Source of the DNA: Mobula hypostoma
Taxonomy: Eukaryota
Reading direction: 5' to 3'
Assembly (NCBI RefSeq): GCF_963921235.1
Contig: NC_086097.1
Location: 119,600,001 to 119,664,000 of the forward strand
Length of the DNA stretch: 64,000 nt
The number at the start of each line of letters is the position of its first letter. Position 1 is the stretch's first letter. This document shows positions 1 to 12,839 of this stretch, piece by piece. Under the pieces are notes generated by a model, which searched no databases, had not been told where the DNA came from, and worked only from the letters and a program-made list of their open reading frames with translations. The translations under genes and the position numbers were made by a program.

Positions 1-489
1 CTACAGCTGAAATCATTTACAGTCATGGGTAGTTCAGTAACCAAATTTGTTTTAAGATGTTTTAAAAATGTAATGATTCTCAATATCGATGGACTCTGGA
101 CTGCAAATTCAGATCACGGGTGCAGTTCTCCTTTAAGAAAGTGGAAGATGGGAAGACAAGCTGGTCTACAGGTACAATTCAATTACAGAGGCCTTAGACC
201 TCACACTTCCAACTATGCTGCTGGTAAATGTACAGTCTCTAGAAAATAAAATTGAATAACTCAAAGCAAGATTGCTGTACCAAAGGGACATCAGGGACTG
301 CTGTGTACTTTGCTTCTTGGAAACATGGCTCACCAGTATCATTTCAGATGCAGGGCTGTACCCTGATGGCTTCACCATTCTCAAAAAAGACAGAACATCT
401 CAGTCTTTTAAAGGTAGGGGAGATGAAGTATGCAGTGCACAGATGTGACAGTTCTGTCTCAATCCCACTCACCTGATCTGGAACATCAA

Positions 490-626
490 GAGGTCAATGT
501 TGTCCATTTTATCTGTTTTGGGGTTTTTTCTGTCCTTGTCTTGGTAGTGGTGTACATTCCACCTCAAGCCAATGTCATACAAGTGGTGCAGGCTCTGAGC
601 ACTGCGGTCGGCAGTTATGAAACAGC
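490..626 (+). mobile_element. Rex1/Babar-type LINE endonuclease-region fragment
   Basis: Translation VVVYIPPQANVIQVVQALSTAVGSYETA resembles the 'VYIPPQA' motif of the Rex1/Babar APE domain. Confidence 0.6.
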
Positions 627-2627
627 TGAAGAGCTGTTCCTGAACCTGGTAGTATGGGATTTGAGGGTCCTGTTCTTCCTAATGATGGCAGCAAGAAGAG
701 AGCATATGGTATGAATGGTGGGGGCCCTTGATGATGGATACTGCTTTCCTGCAACAGCAATCCCTGTAAATGATCTCAATGGTGGGGAGAGCTTTACCTG
801 TGATGGACTGGGCTATATCCATTACTTTTTCTAATTATTTTTTCACTCAAAATATTGGTGTTTCTCTTTAAGGCCATGATGCAACCAGTCAGTATACTCT
901 CCACTGCACATATATACAAGTTTGTCAAAGTTTTAGATGACATGCCAAATCGGTCCGGATGAGGTGCACCCAAGGTTTCTGAAGGAGTTGGCTTTGGAGA
1001 CTGTGGAAGCATTGGAAATGATCTTCCAGGAATCAATAGACTCTGGCATGGTTCCAGAGGACTGGAAGGTCGCAAATGTAGTTTCGCTATTTAAGAAAGG
1101 AAGGAGGCAGCAAAAAAAAAATTACAGACCTATTAGTCTGACATTGGTAGTTGGAAAGATATTGGAGTCAATCCTTAAGGACAAGGTTATGAAATACCTC
1201 GAGGTGCATGACAAGATAGGCCCAAGCCAGCAAGATTCTGCCTTACCAACCTATTGGAATTTTTTGAAGTAATCTCGAATAAGATTCACAAGGGAGAGGT
1301 TGTGGATGTTGTGTATTTGGATTTTCAAAAGGCCTTCGATAAGGTGTCACATATGAGGCTGCTTAATAAGATGAGAGCCCATGGAATTATAGGAAAGATA
1401 TTGAAATGGGTGCATTGGCTGATAGGCAGAAAGCAAAGGGTGGGAATAAAGGGATCCTATTCTGATTGGTTGCCGGTTACTAGTGGTGTCCCGCAGGGGT
1501 CGGTGTTGGGGCTGCTTCTTTTTACGATGTATATCGATGATTTGGATTATGAATTAAATGGTTTTGTGGCTAAGTTTGTGGATAACACCAAGATAGGTGG
1601 AGGAGCAGGAAATGTTGAAGAAACGGAAAGGTTGCAGAGAGACTTAGTCAGTTTAGGAGAGTGGGCAAAGAAATGGCAGATGAGATACAACGTTGACAAA
1701 TGTACGGTTGTACATTTCAGAAGAAGAAATAATCGGGCAGATTATTATTTAGATGGAGAGAAAATTCAAAAATCGGAAGTGCAAAGGGACTTGGGGGTCC
1801 TCGTGCAGGATACCCTAAAGGTTAACCACCAAGTTGGATCAGCGGTAAGGAAAGCGAATGCTATGTTGGCATTCATTTCAAGAGGAATAGTGTATAAGAG
1901 TAAGGAGGTGTTGATGAGGCTCTATGGGGCATTAGTGAGACCTCATTTGGAGTACTGTGTGCAGTTTTGGGCCCCCTATCTTAGAAAGGATGTACTGATG
2001 TTGGAGAGAGTTCAGAGAAGATTTACAAGGATAATTCCTGGAATGCAGGGGCTAACATATGAGGAGCGTTTGTCGGCTCTTGGATTGTATTCATTAAAGT
2101 ATAGAAGAATGAGAGGGGATCTCATAGAAACATTTCGAATTTTGAAAGGGTTGGACAGAGTAGATGTGGAAAGGTTGTTTCCCTTGGTGGGTGAGTCCAG
2201 GACAAGAGGCCATAGTCTTAGAATTAGAGGGTACCCAGTTAAAACAGAGATGAGGAGACTTTTTTTTAGCCAGAGGGTCGTGGATTTGTGGAATTCGTTG
2301 CCACATACAGCTGTGGAGGCCCGATCATTGAGGGTGTTTAAGGAGGAGATTGACAGGTATCTAATTAGTCAGGGTATCAAGGGATATGGGGAAAAAACCG
2401 GAAATTGGAACGAGATGGGTGAATGGTTTAGCTCATGGGGGAGCTGTGGAGCAGACTCCATGGGCCGAATGGACTACTTCTGCTCCTTTGTCTTGTGATC
2501 TTGTGATCTGCAGAAACTTCTAAGAAAGTAGAGGCAATGTCATGAATTCTTTGTAATGGCATCTGTGTGCTGGACCAAAGACTGATCTTCTGAAATAATA
2601 ATACTGATGAATTTAAAGCTGCTAACG
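627..2627 (-). mobile_element. Rex1/Babar LINE 3' fragment, split by the CR1 at ~950-2508
   Basis: Minus-strand LYICAVESILTGCIMA (Rex 'ESILTGCI' motif) at ~860-940; the same element resumes at ~2509 (gcagaaacttctaagaaagtagagg). Confidence 0.75.
950..2508 (+). mobile_element. 5'-truncated CR1 LINE (ORF2 RT remnant, inactive)
   Basis: ORFs 937-1272 and 1254-2498 carry NYRPISLT, YLDFQKAFDKV, SGVPQGSVLG and LVRPHLEYCVQFW. A small deletion/frameshift lies near 1230, the catalytic FADD is decayed to FVDN, and the element ends in a (TCTTGTGA)2 tail. Confidence 0.95.
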
Positions 2628-3043
2628 AGGACTGGCTCATTTCAGACATCACCTGATTAACATCTCAGTGGTTTCCCCACTTTTTCATGAGGGTAGATTA
2701 ATTTTTCCCTTTCACTGTAAAGTATTTGCAGCTCTGACTTTAAATAAACAATACCTTAACCTCAAGTTCGCAGGAATTTAAGCTATCCCCAGAACCATCT
2801 GCTTTGAAGCATACCAACAGTGGTAAGGCCAGAGATCTGAGAGATTGTCCATAATATATTTAATCTAGTTAACCAAGTGACTGAATACAGAGTGTGAAAA
2901 AAAATCAATTCTATGATAATATAATTTCGAGGAAAAGAAACATTAACCAGATGATAGGTTTTAAGCATGTGTTGCTACATTGCAAAATTTTCAGTCTGAG
3001 CTCTTCACTGGAACTCAATAGAAGTTGTTCCTGTTAATTTATG

Positions 3044-3267
3044 AACACAAGAGATTCTGCAGATGCTGAAAATCCAGAGCAAAGCACACAAAATGCCGGA
3101 GGAACTCATCAGGCCAGACAACATCGATAGAGGGAATTAAATGGATGATAATTGAGCCAAGACCTTTCAACAGGACTCAGGGCGTCCAGATGAAGTGTCT
3201 TGACTTGAAACATCAACTACTTCTTCCCTTAACCTGCTGATTTCCTCTCAAATTTTGTGTGTGTTAC
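3044..3267. mobile_element. Degenerate fold-back Penelope-like (PLE) 3'-end element
   Basis: Two inverted copies of the PLE terminal unit with decayed hammerhead cores; flanks CCTGTTAATTTATG (3030-3043) and CCTGCTATTTTATG (3268-3281). Confidence 0.75.
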
Positions 3268-3959
3268 CCTGCTATTTTATGTCCAAGTGGTAAATAATTT
3301 TTGCAAATACATTTAAGAAAAATTTGGCAGCACCTAACAAAATGATATCAGCTAATATCATATTGAATCAACGTTTGCACATACTGCGGCATGAAATCTG
3401 CACTACAGCTGAGAGGTGAATCTTTCAAATAGCTCACTTCCACAGAATTGTCTAAAAATAGTAAAGTGCCTTTAAATACATCTATTGTGCCTTCACTAAC
3501 AATTTATAGTCAGCTAGCAACCAACACAGGAAGAAACTAATCGCATAACATCATTCTATCATATGGTCATGGTGTGAATGTGGAATCTGGGCAAAAGCAC
3601 GTTCTTCAGATCCATTCATTTATCACATGTACATTGAAACATATCATGAAATGTATCAATTTCAGGGCAAAGTTGAGGCCACTGGGCAACCATGAATATG
3701 GGCAATAGCATATATTCATGGTTAAGGTGAGGTGGCAGTCTCCAGAGTGATGAGAAGGATCGTGGAGGGTGGATGCACAGGGTGAAGTAAGGGTGTGCAC
3801 AATAAAAATAGGAGTTTCAAGCTGCAGTGATAAAGTGGTCTGCACAATGGGACAATGATGGAGAAATGGGTCCGTGCTCTGTGTAAGCTAGCCCTGTGAT
3901 CTCCTGGATTAGAGGTGATTAGAAGATGGGTTGGGAGATTGCAGGGGTAGTTTTAAGGA

Positions 3960-4600
3960 AACACAGTAGCATGACCCACAGAGCTGCTGCTATGCAACCT
4001 CAGGGACCGGAGATTCATTCTGACCTAGCAAAAGATTCCAGCGAGTGTACCATGGAGAACATTCTGACTGGTTGCATCGCTGTCTCCAATGCACAGGATC
4101 AGGAAAAGCTGCAGCGAGTTGTAAACTCAACCAACTACATCATGGGCATGTGCTTCCTCTCCTGTGTGGACGTCTTCAAAAGACAATGCCTGAAAAAGGC
4201 AACATCAATCATTAAGGATTCTCATTATCCAGGACATGCTGCCTTCTGATTGCTACCATCAAAGAGGAGGTATAGGAGCCTAAAGTTACACACTCAAAGT
4301 TTTAGGGACAGCTTCTTACCAATGAACACATGAATAATACCTCACTTTTTGTTCTCTTTTTGAACTAATTTATTTTTTTAATAATTCTTTTTGCAATTTT
4401 TTATGATCGTCCTGTAATGCTGCCACAAAGCAAGAAATTTCACAGCATTTGTCAGTAACAATAAAACTGATTCTGATTCTGACCTCTGGTGCTGATTGTA
4501 TGGAATTTACACATTTTCCCAATGAACATGTGGGTAGTCAGCAACTCTAGTTTCCTCCATCCATATCTGAAAAACAGTTGGTTAATTGGTTATTGTAAGT
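3960..4600 (+). mobile_element. Degenerate V-SINE-like SINE interrupted by a Rex1/Babar 3' fragment (4027-4482)
   Basis: Insert encodes CTMENILTGCI...KLQRVVN...IIKDSHYPGH and ends in AATAAA plus (TTCTGA)n. ATTCTGACCT is duplicated at 4017-4026 and 4476-4485. Confidence 0.75.
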
Positions 4601-5819
4601 GTACGAGGGTGATGGAAAATAGTGGCCAGTGAGTTGATAGGAACGATGGGAGAAAGTGAGTGGTGAAGTTGGCTAATATGCCAAATTGTCTCCAATTTCA
4701 GAAGGAAATGTCATTTCAAATCTTCTCTCTTTCTTAGCCGGATCTCCATGTTGGTCAATCTTAGGATTGAGAATCAGTGGAAAGAGTGGACCATGGATGA
4801 TGGGAAGCATTTGGATGATATAGTTGTATGGTTGTAGAGGGAAATATGTGAGTTGGAAAGAATATCAGGGTCTGGGAAAAACAGAAGTTTTCACACCTGA
4901 GAGAATGTTGTGAAGTCGAGGGTGGCTGCAGGGAGCAGGTGGGTGTTTGATGCATGAGGGAGAAAATATTGACCGGGGAGTGTACTGAGCAAACTCTTCC
5001 ATGATGGGGCATGTGGAGACTGAAATCCAATGGTAAGGGAGACGAGCCCAATGGACTGGCAATTTTCCCTTTGTGTCCCACAACAAGCGTCACAGTGAAG
5101 AACCTGACCTCTCTGAATACTCTTCAGATGACAGTGCAAATCCTAGAATATAGACTTTTATCCAAATTTGAGACACACAGATCTTTTTCAAAAAAATTTG
5201 AAATGACTCTTCTGGCAAGTAGGTTAACCACCTGTTGCTTAGATTCGATAGAAGCACGAGTTCATACTCAAGCACAGCCTCAGCCTTTCAAAAGCCTCCT
5301 TGGCACTTTCCACGTTGCCACTGGAAATAGTTCGAATGTATTGTTCCCTGTCTATAACTGCCATATTTAAAGAGGACTCTCCGATGAAGATGAATGAGGA
5401 CACCAGATGAGGATCCTGAACTCCAGGCCTTGAACTCTAGTCTTGATGACTTGTATACCTGGGAGGTGGTAGGTGGGGTGGGGTTCACCAGCACTCAGTT
5501 CTTCTGACCACACAGAATTCTGATCCTGGAACCTGCCAATGACTCGCTAATCTGGGTGGATAGGGGGCACCAGCCCTCACCCTCGCTGGTCTGTGTCCCA
5601 ACATCTGACAACAAGTGTTGTATGTCACACGTCCACTTTGCTGGCCTTCATGCATGGAATATGAAGCAGAGGCCTAGAATCCGGCCTAACCTGAAACTCC
5701 CACACGCCTGTCCCTAAACCCTAACCTGAACCCTAAATACACTCTCTGTCCCCAGATCCATCCCTACAAACCTAAAAAAGGAACAACTGGAGTAAACAAC
5801 TAAGTCTGAGACAGAAGAC

Positions 5820-6155
5820 AAAAGGATGAAGATCCATACCACCAGGTTCAGGAGCAGTTACATTGCTATAACCATCAGGTTCTTGAATCAACTATACAAC
5901 TCTAACCTTACCTCAGCAATGGAACATTACAGACCACCTCCTGATCTAACATGGACTTCTCTTTGATAATGACTTTGTTTTTTTTTTACTGGGGTCTTGC
6001 TACTGTGCAGTCTTTGTTCACTGCATAGTATAATTTTATACATAATTTATGTCTAATTTATATCTTGTGCCCTGTCTGTGATGCTGCTGCAAGCAAGCTT
6101 TTCATTTTACTGCACCTCACCACACTTGTGCACATGACAATGAGCTAGACTAGAC
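5820..6155 (+). mobile_element. Rex1/Babar-type 3' end
   Basis: accaccaggttcaggagcagtta motif followed by a 3' UTR and an (agact)n-like tail. Confidence 0.55.
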
Positions 6156-6534
6156 TTTTGGGATATCCTGGGGTCATGAAAGACATTACACAGCAAGGTT
6201 TTTCTTTCCTTTCCGCATCAATCTCCTTGATTGGCGCTGCAATAGATAGTGTTTAACAATTCAAAAATAAGCAAAATAAAACTTAAAGGAAATGTCAGAT
6301 ATCAAGGACTAAAATTAAGTCTGTCACCAGGGTGATGAATTAATATAATGATTTATCTTTCATGTTTTATCACAATGCAAAACAAGATGGTGTAATTCCC
6401 ACCAGCCTTTTATTCTACCGGCAGTTTATTAGCTACAGTACCTTAAAAATCAAAATAGGAATATATTAGAAAAAAAATAGAAGCGAAAAGGAGAAGTTAA
6501 GTGCCTGAATTGTCAATGCCTATCTTAAGTACTA

Positions 6535-8592
6535 GAAATCCTGCAGGTGCTGGAGATTCAGAGTAACACCTACAAATACTGGAGGAACTCATCAAGTCAT
6601 TTTATAACCATGGAGGGGAATAAACTGTTGAAATCAAGGATAGGACATTTTAGGTGGTAATAGTGAGTGGGAAGTTGGATGATTAAAGAGCTTTTAAAAT
6701 CAAAAGGCAAATAAAAATTCTACAAGAAGGGAAAAGATGAAATATGAGGGCAAACTAGTCAATAAAAGAGAGCAGGAAACTAAAAGTTTATTTTTCAGTT
6801 ATATAAAGAATGAAAGGGAGATGAGAGTTGATATTGGACTGGTGGGAAATGATGGTGGTGAGATAGTAATGGGCGACAAAGAAATGGCAGATAAACCCCT
6901 TACATAGGTATTTTGCATCAGTCTACCCTGTGGAAGACATGAGCAGTGTGCCACAGGTCCATGAGTATCAGGGAGCAGGAGTGAGTGCCATTGCTATTAC
7001 AAAGGAAAACTGAAAGGTCTTAAGGTGGAGAAGTCACCTGGACCAGATGGACTATAACCCAGCATCCTGTGAGAGGTTTGCTGAAGAGATAACAGATGCA
7101 TTGGTCATGATCTTTCAAGAATCACTTGATTCTGGCATGGTCCTGGAGGACTGGAAGATTGTAAATGTCACTCCACTCTTTAAGAAGACAAAAGAGAGGA
7201 AATTATAGACTGGCTAGTGTAACCTTGGTGGTTTCAGGGTACTTGGAGACTAATAATAAAGTAAGTCAAAATCAGCATTGTTTCTGTGAAGGAAAGTTTT
7301 GCCTGACAAATCTGTTAGAGTTCTTCAAGGAAGTAACAAGCAGGGTGGACAAAGGAGAGGCAGTGGATGTTATTTAATTAGATTTTCAGAAGGCATTTGA
7401 TAAGGTGTCAAACATGAGGCTGCTTAACAAGATAAAATCCTATTGTGTTACAGGAAAGATACTGGAATGGATAGAGGAATGGCTGACAGGCAGGAGGTAG
7501 CAAGTGGGAATAAAAGGGGAATTTTCTAATTGGCTGTCAGTGATCAGTGGTGTTCCTCGGGGGTCAATATTGGGACCACTACTTTTTACATTGCTTATCA
7601 ATGATTTAGATAGTGGAATTGATGGTTTTGTGGCAAAGTTTACGCATGATACAAAAATATATGGAGGGGTAGGTAGAGCTGATGAAGCAATTCCATTGCA
7701 GCAGGACTTAGACAAATTGGAAGAATGGGTAAAAAGGTGGCAGATGGAATACAGTGTTGGGAAATGTATGATAATGCATTTTGGTAAAAGGAACAAAAGT
7801 GAGGACTATTATCTAAATGGGGTGAGAGTTCAACCATCAGAGGTGCAGGGGTCTTAGGAATCCTCATGCAAGACTGCCAGAAGTTTAATTTACAGGTTGA
7901 GTCTGTAGTAAAGAAGGCAAATGCAATGTTGCCATTTATTTCAAAGGGGAATAGAACACAAAAGTAAGGAGATAATGCTGAACCTTCAGAAGACACTAGC
8001 CAGGCCTCATTTGGAGCATTGTCAACAGTTTTGGGCCCCAGATCTCAAAAAGGGTGTGCTCTCATTGCAGAGAGACCAGTGGAGGTTCACGAGGGTGATT
8101 GTGGGAATTAAAGGGTAAACATATGCCGAGCGTTTGGCAGCTTTGTGCCTGTACTCAGTGGAATTTAGAAGAATGCATGGGGATTTCATTGAAACTCACT
8201 GGGTTTTCAAAGGGTGATAGGGTGATGTGGAGAGGATATTTTCTATGGTGGGGGTATCTAGAACTAGAAAACACAGCCTCAAAGTTGAGAGGTGATGTTT
8301 TAAAACAGAGGTAAGGAGGAATTATTTTAGCTAGAGAGTAGTGAATCTGTGGAATGCTCTGCCACAGACTGCAGTGGAGTACAAGTTTGTGGGTATAGTT
8401 AAGGTGGAAGTTGATCATTTCCTGATTGGTCAAAGCATCAAAGGATATGGCGAAACAGCAGGTGTATGAAGTTGAGTGGGATCCGGGATCAGCCATGATG
8501 GAATGGTGGAGCAGATTCAATGGGCTAAACAGCCTAATTCTGCTCCTATGCCCTATCGGTGTTTCAGACCAAGACCATTCAACAGGTACTGA
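6535..8592 (-). mobile_element. PLE 3'-end unit (6535-6631 and 8560-8592) split by a CR1
   Basis: ctgcaggtgctgg...ggaggaactc...ggaataaactgttga ends at ~6631; tgtttcagaccaagaccattcaacagg resumes the unit at ~8560. Confidence 0.65.
6633..8559 (+). mobile_element. Degenerate CR1 LINE (RT region, many stops and frameshifts)
   Basis: Fragments NYRLASVT, CLTNLLEFFKEVT, SGVPRGSILGPLLF and LARPHLEHCQQFW, plus a CR1 3' UTR ending at cctaattctgctcct. Confidence 0.92.
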
Positions 8593-8854
8593 GAACCAGG
8601 GGGCCTCTTCAAAGGCAGCACATTCTTTCTTGGATAAGGGACCCACTATTACTCACAAGTCTAACCAATGCATCAGCATTGCATCCTTGCTTTTATATCT
8701 TAGTCTAAACCCCCTTTTATTTTGTGTCAGAATATTATACAGTCCGGAGGTTCCAGCTTTAATCCTACCCAAAAATTAGTTTGACAGATCCCATTATAAT
8801 GTTATTGTGGACTTTAATATCTATAAATGTGGGTAATTAAACATGAGGCTACCA

Positions 8855-9915
8855 CCTCTTCCCCAATCCAGGCAACATCCTTGCAAATCTCTTCTGCAAC
8901 CTTTCTATGGTTTCCACATCCTTCCTGTAGTGAGACGACCAGAACTGAGACAGCACTCTAAGTGGGGTCTGATCAGGACCCTATATAGCTGCAACATTAC
9001 CTCTCAGCTCCTAAATTCAATTCCACGATTGATGAAGGCCAATACACCGTATGCCTTCTTAACCACAGAGTCAACCTACGCAGCTGCTTTGAGTGTCCTA
9101 TGGACTTGGACCCCAAGATCCCTCTGATCCCCCACACTGCCAAGAGTCTTACCATTAATACCATATTCTGCCATCATATTTCACCTACCAAAATGAACCA
9201 CTTCACACTCATCTGGGTTGAACTCCATCTGCCACTTCTTAGCCCAATTTTGCATTCTATCAATGTCTCGCTGTAACCTCTGACAGCCCTCCACACTATC
9301 CACAACACCCCCAAACTTTTTGTCATCAGCAAACTTACTAACCCATCCCTCCACTTCCTCATCCAGGTCGTTTATAAAAATCATGAAGAGTAGGGGTCCC
9401 AGAACAGATCCCTGGGGCACACTACTGGTCACCAACCTCCATGCAGAATATGACCCGTCTACAACCACTCTTTGCCTTCTGTGGGCAAGCCAGTTCTGGA
9501 TCCACAAAACAATATCCCCTTGGATCCCATGCCTCCTTACTTTCTCAATAAGCCTTGCATTGGGGTACATTGTTAAATACCTTGCTGAAATCCATATACA
9601 CTACATCTACTGCTCTTTCTTCATCAATGTGTTTAGTCACATCCTCAAAAAATTCTAACAGGCTCGTAAGGCACAACCTGTCCTTGACAAAGTCATGCTG
9701 ACTATTCCTAATCATATTATACCTCTCTAAATGTTCATAAATCCTGCCTCTCAGGATCTTCTCCATCAACTTACCAACCACTGAAGTAAGACTCACTGGT
9801 CTATAATTTTCTGGGCTATCTCTACTCCCTTTCTTGAATAAGGGAACAACATCTGCAACCGTCCAATCCTCCAGAACCTCTCCCATCCCCATTGATGATG
9901 CAAAAATCTTTTGCT
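8855..9915 (-). mobile_element. CR1 LINE internal RT fragment
   Basis: ORFs 9545-9925 (NYRPVSLTSVVGK, YMDFSKVF) and 9181-9570 (VPQGSVLGPLLF, SKFADD), frameshifted relative to each other. Confidence 0.95.
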
Positions 9916-9980
9916 CAAGTGTCATCTATGTGCAAGCAGCTCATCGTATTCCAATGTAGATGGAACATGGAAAATCTAGG

Positions 9981-10297
9981 AACACACATAGAAGTTGCTG
10001 GTGCACGCAGCAGGCTAGGCAGCATCTCTAGGAATAAGTTCAGTCGACATTTCGGGCCGAGACCCTTCGTCAGGACTAACTGAAAGAAGAGATAGAAAGA
10101 GATTTGAAAGTGGGGGGTGAGGGGGAGATCCGAAATGATAGGAGAAGACCGGAGGGGGAGGGATGGAGCCAAGAGCTGGACAGTAGATTGGCAAAAGGGA
10201 TATGAGAGGATCATGGGACAGGAGACCCTGCTGCATTTACCAGCAACTTTTATTTGTGTTGCTTGAAATTCGAGCATCTGCACATTTCCTCGTGTTG
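9981..10297. mobile_element. Fold-back PLE 3'-end element with 14-bp TSD
   Basis: ATGGAAAATCTAGG at 9967-9980 and 10298-10311; the arms are inverted copies of the PLE terminal unit. Confidence 0.88.
10042..10077 (-). ncRNA. Minimal type I hammerhead ribozyme motif
   Basis: Minus strand reads AGTC-CTGACGA-AGGGTCTCGGCCC-GAAA-TGTC-GACT: CUGANGA and GAAA cores, stem II GGG/CCC, stem I AGTC/GACT, GUC cleavage triplet. Confidence 0.75.
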
Positions 10298-12112
10298 ATG
10301 GAAAATCTAGGGCAAGTTTCAATAGTAACTCATATATATATATATATTATAATCATTAATGTGGGGTGAAATAACTCATGTATTTCAGAGTTATGTTACC
10401 CAAGCAGGTGAATTTTAAGAAAAGGTATCTAAGCCTATATTTCAGTTAAGACATTGTTGGATCCTCATGCCTTTGCGATTGAAAAAGTTTTTCGGGAGTC
10501 AAGAATGAGGCATAAAACTTGTTGCTTGTGATGAACAAGAGAGCTGAGAGAAAAAAAATGAAAAAGTTGTGGTCTTCTCATACTCAGACTGGAGATAAAC
10601 AAAATTCCAGTGATACCAATTAACCTATAAATTAGCAAGATTTAATTAGTGTGGCACCCGCTACAGCAAACTAAGAAACTTCTAGAAAAATACAGAAGCA
10701 ACTACACTGTCATTACTAAAAATTTCACTGAACAATTATGTGTATATTGGTGATTATATTAAGATGAAAGAATACATAGAAGAGTTAAACTATAAGAAAA
10801 ATAACAATTCTAAAACCCAATGTAACAACATGGTATGATGTGCAGCTTGGTGAAGAGAGAAAGACCTTAATTTAGAAGGTTCCATTCCACCAGGTCTTCT
10901 CTGTAGCACTGCTGGCTCCAATCCGGCCAGAAGAGATAGTGATATAGAGGATAGCACAAAGAAGTAGGAAGCAATGTTGTGCCCGCTCTAAATGCTGGTT
11001 CTGAGTGGAAGAGGAATGCAGGGCATGTTTTTGTGGCTGAATTTTTAAAAAGAACTGTATTTTTCTCCATCTTCTCAAGTGCTGTTTTATTCAGTGCACA
11101 GAGGCAAGTCAGTTTATGACAGAGCCTGCTTAATGTTTTCCTGACATTAACATTTAAATTTAGTATTTAAACTCAACTGGGGAAAAATGAATTGTGTGGT
11201 AAACTCTTTCTCAACAATGCCACAGGTAGTAAATGTTCTTGGAGGGAAAATGAAAGCTGTAAATCAACATTTCCTTTCCTGAGTTTGTATGCTGTACATT
11301 AAATAAACAAAGATGGATGTGGGTATTCTGTAATAATTTAAATTGCCATCAGATTATTTATTTTCAGAATTTGCTGAGCGCACAATGATTCAACTGGAAA
11401 TTGTTTTCAGTACTTCAGAATGAATAAATCCAATGTTTATTTATTTGTCAGAGTTAAAAGCAATAGAAGCAAAGTGTGAAGACATCTTGTGGTGCATATC
11501 AAGCATTGCAGAGCCTAGTTCATCATAACCCTCCATGCACAGAGCTTATGGAAGAATTTTCAAGGAGGACTTTAAAACTCTGCATGAAGACCTGATAAAT
11601 GAATTCTAACCAGCATAATTTTACAACTGTATAGCAGCAACTGATGGCAAAAGAATCCTTTTGAAGGAATTGCTTGATTGGAGAAGAAAATCTTGCAGTA
11701 ACACCAGGAGACCAGTTTCACAATAAGTAGTTGATAACATCAGCTGTAATCTAAGAGCTGCTAAACAGATTTCTGATGAAGATGTCTGTGTATAGAAATA
11801 GAGTTCACTAAATAAAATTGGTTTGGTGCTGATCATAGTGGAAGGAAGAGATGTGATTCACTTTAAAAAGCAGGCATCTTGGCCAGGTTTATGGATTTAC
11901 AGTTGAACGGTATAGAGCAGACGTGGAGCTGCCAGTCTTTCAACTGCCTCCTTGACAGCAGCAATGCCATATTCCCTCTGTTAGTTAAGGCACTCAGTTC
12001 ATTGCCCTTTCTTTTCAGACACCTTGAGTTAAACTGGATGCAATCTATCATTGTACTTCTCACATATTTTTAAGCAAGACTACACATTTTCTGCCTACGG
12101 GACTGATTTAGG

Positions 12113-12470
12113 TCATAGAAAATAGAAAATAAAAATTACAGCACAGTATAGGCCACTCGGACCATTATGGTGAGCCGACTTTTTAACCTACTCCAAGACC
12201 AACCTACCCTTTCCCTCCTACATACACGTCCATTTTTCTATTTTCCATGTGCTTCATCGAAGAGTTTGTTAAATTTCTCTAATGTACCTGTACCATTCCG
12301 AGCAGGGCATCCCATGTACCCACCACTCTGCATGTTAAAAAAACCTTGGACATCGCCCATCTATACTTTCCTTTACCGACCTTAAAATTAGGCCCTGGGA
12401 AAAAAAAACATCTCTGGCTATCCACTCAATCTATGCCTGTTGATATCTTGTACACCTCTATTTAGCTTTC
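12113..12470 (-). mobile_element. CR1 3' end
   Basis: Reverse complement of a CR1 3' UTR with a (ttcta)n-type tail at ~12115. Confidence 0.7.
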
Positions 12471-12839
12471 AAAATATAGAATTGAACAACATGGAAGTAA
12501 GCAAGTTAGCCTATCATGTCCATGATGAGCAGGAAGCAGCATTTCTTAATAATACCATCACTCAGAACTTGATCCATTATCCTCCACGCCTAAGATTCCC
12601 TTCTATATCTGACCAGTCATTGGCCTCTACTGTATCCCTGTGGCATGCCGTTTCACTGCTAAGTATGCTGAAAGACTCTCCAACAACACCAGCAACCATC
12701 TTCTCTTAAGATATTGAACCTATTCCAGTTTAGTAGCAACCTTCCCAGCTTGTACTTTCTCCAAAAGTGGTCCTTGCAATCCAGAAATACCTAAGCTTCT
12801 CCCTCCTATAGCATTCCTTCAGCCATGCATTCAGTCTAG

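Noticed and set aside
1254..2498. 414-aa RT ORF as a functional gene
   Set aside because: 5'-truncated CR1 with an upstream frameshift and the catalytic motif changed to FVDN.
4770..5080. Possible ancient minus-strand PLE RT relic
   Set aside because: Only faint similarity by eye, with no intact motif.
5685..5740. CCCTAA-like repeats as an interstitial telomere
   Set aside because: Only three or four imperfect units.
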